DNA of 63,284 nucleotides, counting the filler, from Octopus bimaculoides (lineage: Eukaryota), in NCBI RefSeq assembly GCF_001194135.2. It is 4 parts of 4 records of this genome, joined end to end, with 100 filler letters (N's around TTAATTAATTAA, not from the genome) between each part and the next. Parts side by side here need not be neighbours in the genome. Positions count along the whole stretch, not along the records: positions 32,054 to 61,066 come from NC_068983.1; 3 more parts are not named here. One strand, given 5' to 3'. Shown piece after piece: positions 39,945-53,060 of this stretch. The position numbers and the translations under genes were made by a program. Below the pieces are notes generated by a model that did no database searches, was not told the DNA's origin, and worked only from the letters and a program-made list of their open reading frames with translations. How positions within the stretch are numbered: the stretch's first letter is position 1; the number at the start of each line of letters is the position of its first letter.

Positions 39945-40177
39945 CATATACTCTTTTACTCTTTACTCTTTTACTTGTTTCAGTCATTTGACTGTGGCCA
40001 TGCTGGAGCCCCGCCTTTAGTCGAGCAAATCGACCCCAGGACTTATTCTTTGTAAGCCTAGTAGTTATTCTATCAATGTCTTTTGTCGAACCGCTAAGTT
40101 ACGGGGACGTAAACACACCAGCATCGGTTGTCAAGCGATGTTGGGGGGACAAACACAGACACACAAACACACACACG

Positions 40178-40267
<90 letters not shown>

Positions 40268-40432
40268 TACGACGGGCTTCTTTCAGTTTCCGTCTACGAA
40301 ATCCACTCACAAGGCTTTGGTCGGCCCGAGGCTATAGTAAAAGGCACTTGCCCAAGGTGCCATGCAGTGCGACTGAACCTAGAACCATGTGGTTGGTAAG
40401 CAAGCTACTTACCACACAGCCACTCCTGCACC
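39945..40432 (-). mobile_element. Full-length copy of the same CORE-type SINE. Other minus copies: 1-53, 7400-7563, 48120-48525, 51255-51675, 62325-62425. Other plus copies: 31915-31953, 38530-38864, 44060-44215, 47500-47665, 51085-51240
   Basis: Complete head-CORE-(TA)n-tail on the minus strand. Confidence 0.88.
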
Positions 40433-40721
40433 TATATGGTTCAATTAATTTTGAAGAACAATAAAGAATTTGTTGAAATAACTTTGCTGTTATTAAGCTG
40501 GTGTTTGGAAAAACATTTTGGTGGAATGTTTTAATCCAGACCATTTTATGTCAATGGTTCTCAACTGGGGCCATGTGAACTCTGGAGGTCCATATAAGAT
40601 TTCTGATGGTCCATGCAAGCAAAGCAGTAAATTGGGGATCCATAGTAGTATTCTAAAGGTGCATGAAGAATTTTGATTTTGTTGTGTTTATTGCAAAAAA
40701 CAGCCTGGTTTCTTTCTCTAA

Positions 40722-41095
40722 TCATCATCGTCATCGTTTAACGTCCGCTTTCCATGCTGGCATGGGTTGGATGGTTTGAATGGGGATTGGTGAGCCAAAT
40801 GGCTGCACCAGGCTCCAATCTGATCTGGCAGAGTTTCTACAGCTGGATGCCCTTCCTAACGCCAACCACCCCAAGAGTGTAGTGGGTGCTTTTATGTGCC
40901 ACCGGCACGAGGGCCAGTCAAGCAGTACTGGCAATGGCCACGTTCAAATGGTGTTTTTATGTGCCACCTGCACAGGAGCCAGTCCAGCGGCACTGGCAAT
41001 GCCCTCGCTCAAATGTTGTTTTCTACGTACCACCGGCACAAGTGCAGGTAAGGCGATGCTGGTAACGATCACACTCGAATGGTGCTTTTTATGTT
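40722..41095 (-). mobile_element. RTE 3'UTR/tail fragment with internal ~55-60-bp repeats
   Basis: CATCATCGTTTAACGTCCGCTTTCCATGCTGGCATGGGTTGG...GGATGCCCTTCCTAACGCCAACC. Confidence 0.8.
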
Positions 41096-41394
41096 TTATG
41101 TAGTTCAGCCTACACAAGTGAATGAGTGGAAAACAAACTGGAAATTTTGAAAGAAATACCTATAAAATTAGCTTTTAAACATTGAATAGCTGTTGGAGTC
41201 CATGAGGGAAAATAGTAATCAAAAGGGTTAGTAGATAAAACTTAGTTTAGAAAAACTGATTTAAAACATAAAACATGCATTCTAGAATCAAAGACAGTTT
41301 CTGGCTGTTTGATATGGAAAGAAATGCCAAGCTAAGTAAAAGGATGTTTGTCATTGCATATAGGCTTGTCCCCAGCATCTCTCTCTGGATGAGT

Positions 41395-41585
41395 ATTCCT
41401 AATCTTGTGGGCTTGTAGATGCTGGTGCTATGTAAATGTACCTATGCCAGTGCTGCATAAAAAAACACCCAGGTATCCGGCTGTGGAAACCATTCCAAAA
41501 CAGACAAGGAGCCTTGTCAAACCATCCAGCTCATGCCAGCATGGAAAATGGACATTAAATGATGATGATAATGATGATGATGATG
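41395..41585 (+). mobile_element. RTE 3'UTR/tail fragment
   Basis: Ends CATGCCAGCATGGAAAATGGACATTAAATGATGATG. Confidence 0.65.
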
Positions 41586-41589
41586 GTGA

Positions 41590-41660
<71 letters not shown>

Positions 41661-42430
41661 CACACAGACACACATTAAGTGTATAATAAATTTATGGAAT
41701 GAATTTCTATAAATATAAATCCAATCATATTTGTCAAAAATGGTGGAGGTAAGATGTAAAAAAGTTGTAAGAAGTTTGTTATATCCAAACTTAGATATAT
41801 ATATATATTTATGAAACTTACTTGGAAAAGGATGCGTGGCGTTCGATCATATAATAATATAAATAATATAGAAATATATGCATATATACATACATACATA
41901 TATGTACATACCTACATATATACATGCATATATGGGTACAGGACATTAAAAAAAACGATGAAAAACGAAAATATAGAAAACGAACTTTTTTCGAACAACG
42001 AAGAAAACAAACAGAGAAATGAGGCATGCAACATAAAGAATGTACCCCTTCGTCAGTTGTCCCTGTTTGATATGCATATTAGAATGGTGTATTAAGTTTG
42101 TGTTGTGTAATGAATGTAAACAATCTAATATTCTTTTCTACTCTAGGCACAAGGCCCGAAATTTTAGGGGAGGGTGCCAGTCGATAAGATTGACCCAGTA
42201 TGCAACTGGTACTTAATATATCGACTCTGAAAGGATGAAAGCCAAAGTTGACCTTGGCAGAATTTGAACTCAGAACGTAAAGACAGACAAAATACCGCTA
42301 AGTATTATGACCGGCATGCTAACAATTCTGCCAGCTCGCTGCCTTGAAAGTAATCTAATATTAATAGTGTTGTTGATGTGGTGCTTTCATCCAGTTGCAA
42401 CTGTGAAAATTTTGTAAATATTCAGTTGTA

Positions 42431-43042
42431 CAAGGTGTTTAGAAAGTTACTCTGCAGTGAATTTCTTTCATCTTGTGCATGCGCAACTTGGCTATCACTG
42501 TGTGGGTGGCCAGGTGTCAGCCATTGCCCCTCAGTCACTGTGTAGCCTTCAGCGTGTCAACATGCTAACCATTGAAGAACGTACATTTTTAGTTGAATGG
42601 ATGTTTCGAGCTAGAAACAAATACACAGATCTTGTGAAACAGAATTTCAGTGAAACTTTTCCAAATACTGTTGTTCCACATCATGACACTGTGCGGGAAT
42701 TGATAAGGAAATTTAGAAACACAGGCTCAGTGGAAGACACAGCAAGAAGTAGTAGGCCTACTGTTCTTTTAGAGGAAACACTCTCCAATATTTCTGATAA
42801 ACTGTTGGCAAGTCCTTACACAAATTGTCACAGGAAACGGAAATCAGCCTAGGATGTGCTCACACAGCAGTAAAGAAGAAATTAAATTTTATGTATTGAA
42901 AATGAAGGACAACACTTTCAACTCCTCTTATAAAGTTTTTTAAAGTCTTGTAAAGTCTAATATATTCTTTTGTAGTCTTATACCATCTTATATTTATTTT
43001 GCAATAAAATACTTACTGTGGAGAGACTTTTTAAGCACCCTG
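42431..43042 (+). mobile_element. Internally deleted Tc1/mariner-superfamily transposon
   Basis: TA flanks at 42429-42430 and 43043-43044; imperfect ~28-bp TIRs. The ORF MLTIEERTFLVEWMF...FSETFPNTVVPHHDTVRELIRKFRNTGSVEDTARSSRPTVL is a transposase N-terminal HTH, joined to the extreme C-terminus CIENEGQHFQLLL*; the DD(E/D) core is missing. Confidence 0.88.
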
Positions 43043-43284
43043 TAGAATAGACATAAGTCCACTCAATGTACAATGGCAGCTGTGAATTATTGCTTGCTTT
43101 AAGAGGAAATTTAATTGTTTGGTATTATACTTGTCCAGTTAGATTGAAATCCGGTGCGAAACTGCATAAATACATATTTTACAAAGTAGGGTGTATAATT
43201 GCTGTCCATTTCAGAGAATACTAAAATTGTGATCAAATTTGTGATGCTTGTTATAGAACAGAGAAGGCCATATAGCTACATGTA

Positions 43285-43710
43285 TTATCATCATCATCAT
43301 CATTTAATGTCTGTTTTCCATGCTGGCTTGGGTTGGACGGTTTAACTGAGGACTGACTGGCAAGCCAGGAGGCTGCACTTGGCTCCAATCTGATCTGGCA
43401 AGGTTTCTACAATTGGATGCCCTTCCTAATGCCAACCGCTCCGAGAGTGTAATGGGTGCTTTTTATGTGCCACTGGCATAGGAGCCAGTCAGATAGCACT
43501 GGCTTCGACCACGTTTGGACGGTGCTTTTTACATGTCACTGGCACAGGAGCCAGTCAGGGGCACTGGCATTGACCACGTTTGGATGGTGCTTTTTAGGTG
43601 TCACTGGCATGGGGAGCCAGTCAGGCGGCACTAGCATTGACCTACGCTTGAATGGTGCTTATTATGTGCCACCAGCATGGGTGCCAGTCAGGTGGCACTG
43701 GCACTGGGCA
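43285..43710 (-). mobile_element. RTE 3'UTR/tail fragment with internal repeats
   Basis: Same tail and GGATGCCCTTCCTAATGCCAACC motif, plus repeated GGAGCCAGTCAG...TGGTGCTTTT units. Confidence 0.8.
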
Positions 43711-44279
43711 TGACTAATGAATATATATATATATATATATTTATACATACATATATGTAATTTTATGAGGATTCATATGAATCAAGGCACGTCAACTGGT
43801 AGGATGCCAAAAATGGCTAGGTATGATAACATAGACCTCACAGTGAAATAAACAGTATTGAAGACATTGAATGTTGGTAGGGTACCATGAATATGCAAAT
43901 ACCAAATCCAGTTTAAACCATCGATTTTTACCTGATTATGGTGGATTATATATCATGATGTAATCTTTTATGACTGCATTAAATAAATAAAATTGTACCA
44001 AAACAGTCATTGTAAAGTTTAAACACCATTTATGTTTACTTTTTATATAGATACAGATATCGCTGTATGGTTAAGTAGCTTGCTTCTCAACCACATGCTC
44101 TTGGGTTCAATCTCACTGTGCAGTACTTTGGGCAAGTGTCTTCTGTGACCCTATGCTGCCAGATCCTTGTGAGTGGATTTGGTAGATGGAAACTGAAAGA
44201 AGCCCATTGATGTATGTATTTATGTGTGTGTGTGTGTGTGTGTGTATGAGAGAGGAATGTGTTTGCATGTGTTCCTTTG

Positions 44280-44480
44280 TCTAGACATCATGTGATGGTT
44301 TTAACAAGCATTACTGTCATACAAGTGATTCTGGGCATAGGAAAATATTACCTTGCTTTGAAAACAGGTGAGGGTTGGTGACAGGCAGGGCATCCAGCTG
44401 CAGAAAGAAATCTGCCACAATGAATTCCATCTGAGCCATGCAAGCATGGAAAAGTAGACCTTAAACGATGACAATAACAA
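44280..44480 (+). mobile_element. RTE-type tail, second subfamily (related fragment at 45365-45520)
   Basis: GAAAATATTACCTT...AAACAGGTGAGGGTTGGTGACAGG..GGGCATCCAGCTG occurs at both sites; ends CATGCAAGCATGGAAAAGTAGACCTTAAACGATGAC. Confidence 0.65.
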
Positions 44481-44784
44481 TGATGATGACGGCAACAATG
44501 ATGATGACGAAGACGAGGGTAATGATGAGAACAACGTTGATGAGGATTATATGTAGTATAGTGATACATTTCGTGTAGTAAGTATCAAGGTGGTGCTCCA
44601 GCATGGCTGCAGTCAAATGACTGAAACAAGTATGAGAATGGAAGAATATAGATAGAATGGTCAATATTTTGGTAGGAATTAACCATGCATAGCAGTCATT
44701 GTGTTGTGCAGTAAATTTGACTACTTAGGTTCCAATATGTTGTTGGTAGCTTATTGCAACAAATGTAATGAGGTGCAATAATGT

Positions 44785-45176
44785 GGAGGCGCAATGGCCC
44801 AGTGGTTAGGGCAGCGGACTCGCGGTCATAGGATCGCGGTTTCGATTTCCAGACCAGGCGTTGTGAGGGTTTATTGAGCGAAAACACCTAAAAGCTCCAC
44901 GAAGCTCTGGCAGGGGGTGGTGGCGAACCCTGCTGTACTCTTTCACCACAACTTTCTCTCACTCTTACTTCCTGTTTCTGTTGTGCCTGTAATTCAAAAG
45001 GTCAGCCTTGTCACACTGTGTCACGCTGAATCTCCCCAAGAACTACTTTTAGGGTACATGTGTCTGTGGAGTGCTCAGCCACTTGCACGTTAATTTCACG
45101 AGCAGGCTGTACCGTTGATCGGATCAACTGGAACCATCGACGTCGTAAGCGACGGAGTGCCAAAAAAAAAAAAAAA
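44785..45176 (+). mobile_element. Full-length young tRNA-derived SINE with poly(A) tail (distinct family)
   Basis: A box TGGCCCAGTGG, B box GGTTTCGATTTCC, ~300-nt body, CpG-rich end GACGTCGTAAGCGACGGAGTGCC + A15. Confidence 0.8.
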
Positions 45177-45640
45177 TGATATACGATACGATAAAAATAA
45201 TTTGCTTTGCAAGCACATAGCTCCAAGGTTAAGTCACCCAGTACAACCCCAGCTGTTACTGTCTTCTGCTGTAACATTGAAAGGTAGGACTGAGTGGTTT
45301 GAGAAGTTTGCCTTCCAACCACATGGTTTTGGGTTTCTTTTTCCATAAAGATGGAGTAGGTGTAGCTGTGTAAGCACAAAAAACACTTCTTGCCAGGGAG
45401 AAATATTACCTTATTTGGAAACAGGTGAGGGTTGGTGACAGGAGGGGCATCCAGCTGTAGAGAATCTGCCTCACCTAATTTTTGCTGACCCATTCGAGCA
45501 TAGAAAAGAGGATGTTAGCCCTTTAGCATTTAATCCAGTCATATCTGGCCCAAATATTCTACATATGTTATGTTAAAACTGTTTTAATATGTGTTATGTT
45601 AAAACTGACCAGATCTAACCTCTCACAGCCACCCTATAAA

Positions 45641-46262
45641 GATCCCCTTCGGTCATAAATGACCATGGGATTGCACCTAGAAAGTTACCCTCTGAGGCAT
45701 AAACCCAGGCAAGGTTGTTTATAGAAGACCAGCAGTCGCCCATGCATACCAGCTTCCCTTCTCCATGCCACTGATGTTATCCAAGGGAAAAGCAAAGGGG
45801 CCGATACAGCTTGGCACCAGTGACGTCGCAACTCATTTCTACAGTTGAGTGAACTGGAGCAACATGAAGTAAAGTGTCTTGCTCAAGAACACAACACACA
45901 GCCTGATCCAAGAATCACTAAATGAAGCTGCATGGCTCAGTAGTTAGAGCATCAGGCTCACGATCATAAGGTACCGAGTTCAATTCCTGGACCGGGTTCT
46001 ATGCTGTGTTCTTGAGCAAGACACTTTATTTCACATTGCTCCAGTTCACTCAGCTGTAGAAATGAGATGCAACATCACTGGTGCCAAGCTGTATCGGTAT
46101 TTGCCTTTCCCTTGGATAACATCAGTGGCATGGAGAAGGGAGGCTGGTATGCAGGGTGACTGCTGGTCTTCTGTAAACAATCTTGCCCAAACCTGTGCCT
46201 CAAATAGTTACTTTCCAGGTGCAACCCCATGGTCATTCATGACCGAAGGGACCCTTACCTAC
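45641..46262. mobile_element. Head-to-head inverted pair of a tRNA-derived V/CORE-like SINE (45641-45905 -, 45925-46262 +); related copies at 22590-22845 -, 47225-47420 +, 61207-61385 +
   Basis: The left copy is the reverse complement of the right over ~260 nt (e.g. TGTGTTCTTGAGCAAGACACTTTA...CACTGGTGCCAAGCTGTATC). Confidence 0.85.
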
Positions 46263-46844
46263 CTGAGAATGTCTTTCTAAAAATATGGAAATCTCGAAGC
46301 TACAAGATAATGTGTGATTAATTCAAAACAACTGGAATAAATAAGCAATAGATTTGACAAAGAAATCTGAATGCCAAAGGAGCTGAAACGACAATGATGA
46401 TGATGATAAAAGTGATAGGATAGGAATGAGAATCAACTGCTGTCTATTGGTTGTTGAGCACTCTTATAGAATTCCATCAGTGGTTTCTGGAAGCAGTGTA
46501 TAGTTAAATGTGTTATATTATCTTATATTTGCTGAGGTCAAATAGTATGCTTCAGGTGCATTCAGTGAATGAAAAATCTCTCCAGTGTATATATTTCCCC
46601 AAGAAATCATGAAATTAATAAATCCACTTGGAGTTTAACCTTCCCATTACACTCTAGTTCTATAAATCACTGGAAAACGACAACAACGACGACAACAACA
46701 ACAACAACGGCAGCAGCAGTAGCAAATATATATAAAAAAAAAAGATAAATAAGATAATCTTTAATGCTATCAGTACAATGAAATACTTGGATGTATTGTG
46801 TAACACGATATACACTTGAATATCGAGAAAAACTTAATCTCCTG

Positions 46845-46875
<31 letters not shown>

Positions 46876-46882
46876 TTCTTCC

Positions 46883-46914
<32 letters not shown>

Positions 46915-46975
46915 TTCTTCCTCTTCTTCTTCTTCTTCCTCTTCTTCTTCTTCCTCTTCTTCTTCTTCCTCTTCT

Positions 46976-47007
<32 letters not shown>

Positions 47008-47072
47008 TTCTTCTTCTTCTTCTTCTTCTTCTTCTTCTTCTTCTCCTCCTCCTCCCCCTCCCCTTCCTCCTC
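46845..47072. repeat. ~225-bp polypyrimidine (CTT)n tract with periodic CCT interruptions
   Basis: Directly visible. Confidence 0.95.
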
Positions 47073-48063
47073 AACCACAGTGCTTGCCATCAGTTATCTG
47101 ATGGCAAGCACTGACTGGAATTTTCTGCACGGTTAAAGGATTGCACTTTGTGCGTAGGAAATGTAATTCTAACAATAAGACCATTATTGAGATGTGATTC
47201 TAATCGTCACTCGTGTTAAGTCAGTGGAGGCGTGTGGCTGAGTGGTTTGGCTATTCGGCTCGTGATCGGGAGGCCATGACTTCGATTCCTAGCAGTCTAC
47301 TGTTTCCTTAAGCAAGATGCTTTATTTCACATCACTTCAGTCTACTCAGATGGTAAAAATTAATAGTGTCTGTATTTCAAAGGGGCCAGTCTTGTTACAT
47401 TCTATGTCATGCTGGATCTTCTTGAGAACTACTTCAGTCTTTTAGCATTCAGAAGGCTCTGTCAAACATAATGCTTATTTATTCACATTATTCAGACTGC
47501 AGGAGTGGCCGTGTGGTAAGAAGCTTGCTTCCCAACCACAAAGATTCAGGTTCAGTCCCACTGTGTGTTGCACCTTGGGCAAGTGCCTTCTACTATAGCC
47601 TCAGGCTGACGAAAGCCTTGTGAGTAGATTTGGTACATGGAATCCAAAAGAAGCCTGTTGTATATATATTGAAGTTGCATGGCTTAGTGGTTAGGGCATT
47701 CGGCTCACGATTGTAAGGTTGTGAGTTCGTTTCCCGACGATGCTGGAAATGATCGCGCTCAAATGGTGCTTTTTACATGCCACCGGCAGTGATCCCGCTT
47801 GGATGGTGCTGTAAGCGCTCCACTGGCACAGGTGCCAGTCATCAAATTTGGTTCAGTTTCGATCTTACTTGTCCCAACAGGTCTTCGCAAGCTGAGTTTA
47901 GTGTCCAATGAGGGAAGGTTGCTATGGGTGCCAGTCATCAAATTTGGTTCAATTTTGATTTCGATTTCACTGTGTGTGTGTGTGTCTTTGTATCTTATTT
48001 TATATAATAAATATTCTGTGTTTCTTCTTTCTGTTTTTCACTCTGATATCTATTGTGTGTGTG

Positions 48064-48095
<32 letters not shown>

Positions 48096-51000
48096 ATTTT
48101 TTACTTGTCTCTGTCATTTCACTGTAGACATGCTGGGGCAGCACCTTGAAGAATTTTTCATCAGACGAATCGACTCTTATAGTGTTTTTGTTTTCAAGCT
48201 CGGTACCTTTTCTATCAGTTTATTTTGCTGAGCTGCTTAGTTACAAGGATGTCAGCACATCAACATTGGTTGTCAAGTGATAGTGGGAACAAACACAGAC
48301 ACAAAGACACACACACACATGCACACACACAGACACACACACACACACACATACACACACACATATTTGATGGGCTTCTGTCAATTTCCTTCTACCAGAT
48401 CCACTTAAAAGGCTTTAGTAGAAGACTATAGTAGAAAACACCTGTCCAACGTGTTACTCAGTGGGATTGAACCCGGAACCATGTGGTTAGGAAGCAGACG
48501 TCTTAGCATACAGCCACACCTGCCCCTACTAAATATACAAATATATTCAGACATTCCCACCCACACAGCCATATGCAAACACACCAATTACAAAGTTACA
48601 TGCATGTAATACCAATGTTGTGAAAATATATCTTTGTGATTATTCACCACTCTTTATGTCGCTTTTTATGTGAAATTAAAATAGTTTCTGTTCACGACAT
48701 GACTACACATCCTGTTTACGTTTATTGTTGAACTAAACACAAATTTCTGTCTTACACTTGGTAAATATACGTAGAATAAACACAAACCATTCTACTTGCT
48801 TCTTCTGTTCAAATTAAACAGTGCCTAACAGAAGCATTATTCTGAGTTTCTAAAGCTAAAACAACAACAAACTTTTCCAAACCAACATTCTTTGACAGCA
48901 CATTTTGGCATCTGTCTTCACACCGTCGGCATCTGCTCTGCTGTCAAAATAATTCTAAAGAGACTTCCTTTTTTCTTTTTTTTTTTTGCTTTTTGCTTTG
49001 TATTTTTGTTTCTTTGTTATATATTTATTAATACAGCAATACATAGATAAGAACTAAAACAACCATAGAACAAAACGACAAAGACTTGAACCAAGACATC
49101 TTGGCCTGTGTATTTTTGTAATTATTAAATATGATGAGCTAGAGGGTGTATTTATGTTGCCCATTATTACTTTTATGAAATGATGTCTCTTGCAAAGACA
49201 CGAGAAGTTTTATATCTACATTCTGATTGTTCAGAGAAGGTTTGTCAGGCATTGATTTTCTTAGGAAAACATTGCAGCGTTTGCTTGCATTGTTTGTCAG
49301 TGGCTTGGAATTTTCTCTCGATATTATTTATGTAAATTCAGAACTTCTTGTACTTCTCACTATTTGCGCCATTTCAAACTCGTTTCATTATTACTAGATC
49401 ACTAGTGAAACTAGCTAAAATGTTCTTCTTTTTATCATTTCCCCAAACCGATTCTTCAGTTTATGAAGTTCCAATCGCAATTCATTTCACTTCTTGGCAA
49501 ATCCCAGCTGGCCTTTTCCATTCTTAGAGCTTCTGGACAAGTAGAAGTTTGAGTTTGGCTTTAATCAGTTCTTACCCATTCTTCTTTCTTTAAGCTTACC
49601 TAATCACACTGCAGAGAAAAACTACTTGATATTTCTTAAAGAAAGAAAATTACATTAGATTTGCAATTTCTCTATGCATGCTATTGCAGACAATGAGTTT
49701 AGTTTTAATAATTCAGCAGATACATGGTGAAATGGGATTTTTGTACGAAGCCAAGTGCAAATCTTTGTTTGTATGTCTTTATTGATGGAAATTTCGAAAG
49801 TGCTGTGAATCATTCTAAGTACATATACAAACCTTGTGCTCTGCTAGTTTCTGAATACAGGTTGTTGTGATTTCAAAATCAATATAAGCAATATTTAGAA
49901 ATTTTGCAGACCACCAACGAAACTTGGCCTTTGCTGTAATGCTTTTTTTCAATACCATAAGCCAGCTTAAAAAAGAAAATGAAAAGTAGAAAGAAAAGAA
50001 AAATCATGCGGAGTAAAAATTACTTAACTCTTTTGTGCATAGAAAATATTTCCAAAAGGTAATTAAGATGGTTTGTACGAAAATGTCTTCTTTAGATAAG
50101 AGTAAAGAAGATGCTAGCCTGTATCTTTTCTATGACGAAAAGTCGTATTTTGGATACGACTAAATACATTTCTATAGCTTTAATAATCTAAGAAGTTCAG
50201 TTATCTGAGAAGATAGTTGGGCAAGACTTATATCCACCATTATCTTTGTCACTCCTGAATCTTCTTTTGTGAAACCACTTATCTTCATTTTATCTCCTTT
50301 TCTCAGTTTTATTTATAATTTTTGGTTTAATTTTCTTTTTCCATGCTCCTGTTGTATTGAAATGAAAATGTCACATAACCAGTAGCTGTGTTGTTGGGGT
50401 TAGAGTATATATGAGTTCATCTTCATACAGGGTGTTGATGACTGATAGAATCCACCTCTTCTCCAGGCTGTGGACTATAGATATAAACCAAAGGGATGAG
50501 AAATAAAGTAAAACTGGTTTCAAATTTAAGCACAAGACCAGCAAGTTCAGCAGAGGGGGTAAGTCGATTGCATTTACCCCAGTGTTCCATCTGGTACTTA
50601 TTTTATCGATGCCAAAAGGATAAAAGGCAAAATAGACTTCAATGGAGTTTGAACTCAGAATGTAAAGACAAATGAAATGGTTTCAAATTTTGGCACAAAG
50701 CCAGCAAGTTTGTGGGAGCAGGTAATTCGATTACATCAACCCCAGTGTTCAACTGCAACCGGTACTTATTTCATTAATCTTGAAAGGATGAAGGGCAAAG
50801 TCAACCTTGGCAAAATTTGAACCCAGAATGTAAAAATCGACAGATTGGTGCTAAGCATCTTAACTGGCATCCTTACAATTCTGCCAGCTTCCCGTCTTAT
50901 CTTTGCATGCATCAATGAATGCAAATCATGTATGGCTGTATACATTGATGTCCATGTAGGAAAACGTAAAATTCATGAAGTTGAATAATTGTTATCATTG

Positions 51001-51478
51001 TTTGGCCTCTGGTCAACCCTGACTGGCCAAACTTATGAACAAAGACAGCCTACATGTTACCGTCGCATCTTGTTATCAGACATGGTGAGGCATGTCTGTT
51101 TGGTATAAAGCTTGCTTCCCAGCCATATGATTCTGGGTTCAGTTCCACTGCGTGGCACCTTGGGCAAGTATCTTCTACTATAGCCTCGGGCTGACCAAAG
51201 CCTTTGGTTGATGAAAACTGAAAGAAGCCCGTTGTGTATATGTATGTATATACTCTTTTACTCTTTTACTTGTTTCAGTCATTTGACTGTGGCCATGCTG
51301 CAGCACCACCTTTAGTCGAGTAAATCGACCCCAGAACTTATTCTTTGTAAGCCTAGTACTTATTCTATTGGTCTCTTTTGCCGAACCGCTAAGTTATGGG
51401 GACGTAAACACACCATCATCGATGTCAAGCGATGCTGGGAGGACAAACACAGACAAACAAACATATACACACACATAC

Positions 51479-51525
<47 letters not shown>

Positions 51526-52454
51526 TACGACAGGCTTCTTTCAGTTTCCATTTACCAAATCCACTCACAAGGCTTTGGTCGGCCCGAGGCTATAGTAGAA
51601 GACACTTGCCCAAGGTGCCTGCAGTGGGACTGAACCCGGAACCATGTGGTTGGTAAGCAAGCTACTTACCACACATCCACATGTGTATATATACATACAT
51701 TCACGCACATACATATATATGTGTGTGTGTCTCTGTGTTGGTCCCTCCACCATTGCTTTCCAACTGGTGTTGGTGTGTTTACATCCCTATAACTTAATGG
51801 TTCGGCAAAATGATTGAAACTAGTAAAAGAATAAAATAATACAACTACATAATGCCAGGTGGGGATCTGATATGAGCAACATTTGGCTGGTATTTCTAGC
51901 AGATTAAGTGACCTCACCAAGACTTCCTCGTTGGGGAGTTTGTCATTGAGACTGATCTGAGGTTAACATTTTTTTTTATACAATGATAATTACTGTGCCA
52001 AAATAAACATTAAATTTTACTCTATTATTTCTTGGAATATTCTGGAAACTATATTTATCAGAATTATGTTCTTGAGTTGAATTTTTATGTTTATTTTGTT
52101 AGAGTGGTGTTCCATGCCCACACATTTTGGTTTTTTTTTTCTCTCTTTGTGAATTTTACTATTGCAGTTGTGTAGGCGTCATTACCGTTTTCTTCATTGG
52201 ATTTAGAATGTGTCTATGATTATTTCCATAATACAGCTTAGTAACTACTTCTAAATGTAATATCTGGTTAGTCGATTGTAATTAAGACAATACAAATCTT
52301 AGAATGGAGTTACAAAATCTCTTCTCTGAAAGTGTAATCTCTACTTAACAGCAATTGAAGCAGTACTGATGCTAAAAGGTAATCCTGATTTCCAACATAA
52401 TGTGCAGTTTGTGTTGGAACATAGAATACTGTGTTATTTACCCGAGTGTGGTTG

Positions 52455-53060
52455 ATACCAGTCCCAACGGACTGGCTCCTGTGCCAGTGGCACGTAAAAA
52501 GTATCATTTGAGTGTGGTCATTGCCACTGCTGCCTGACTGGCTCCTGTGCTGGTGACACTTAAAAAGCACCATTTGAGCGTGGTCATTGCCAGTGCTGTG
52601 TGACTGGTTCCTGTGCCGATGGCATGTAAAAAGCACCATTCAAGCATGGCCGATTCCAGTACTGCTTCACTGGCTCCCATGCTGGTGGCACATAAAAAGC
52701 ACTATTCGAGCATGGTCATTGCCAGTGTTGCCTGACTGGCTCCTGTGCTGGTGGCACATAAAAAGCACCATTTAAGCATGGTCGAAGACAGTGTTCCCTG
52801 ACTGGCCCCCATGCCAGTGGTACATAAATTGCACCCACTACAATCTCAGAATGGTTGGCATTAGGAAGGGGATCCAGCTGTAGAAACATTGCCAGATCAG
52901 ATGGAGCATGGTGTCGCCTCTTGGCTTGCAAGTCCCCAGTCAAACTGTCCAACAATTGCAAAAGTCAAATCCCTGCAACCTATACGTGTCTACTTTGAAG
53001 CTTCGATGTTCTAATTTTTCATTTCCAACCCATGCCAGCATGGAAGACGGACATTACAAT
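52455..53060 (+). mobile_element. RTE 3'UTR with tandem ~55-60-bp units, plus a second tail
   Basis: Repeated GACTGGCTCCTGTGC(C/T)(A/G)GTGGCAC.TAAAAAGCACC units, then TTGGCATTAGGAAGGG.ATCCAGCTGTAGAAAC; second tail CCATGCCAGCATGGAAGACGGACATTACAATGAAG. Confidence 0.78.

Noticed and set aside
44785-44860. tRNA genes at the A/B-box heads here and elsewhere
   Set aside because: Cloverleafs are incomplete and each head continues into a SINE body.
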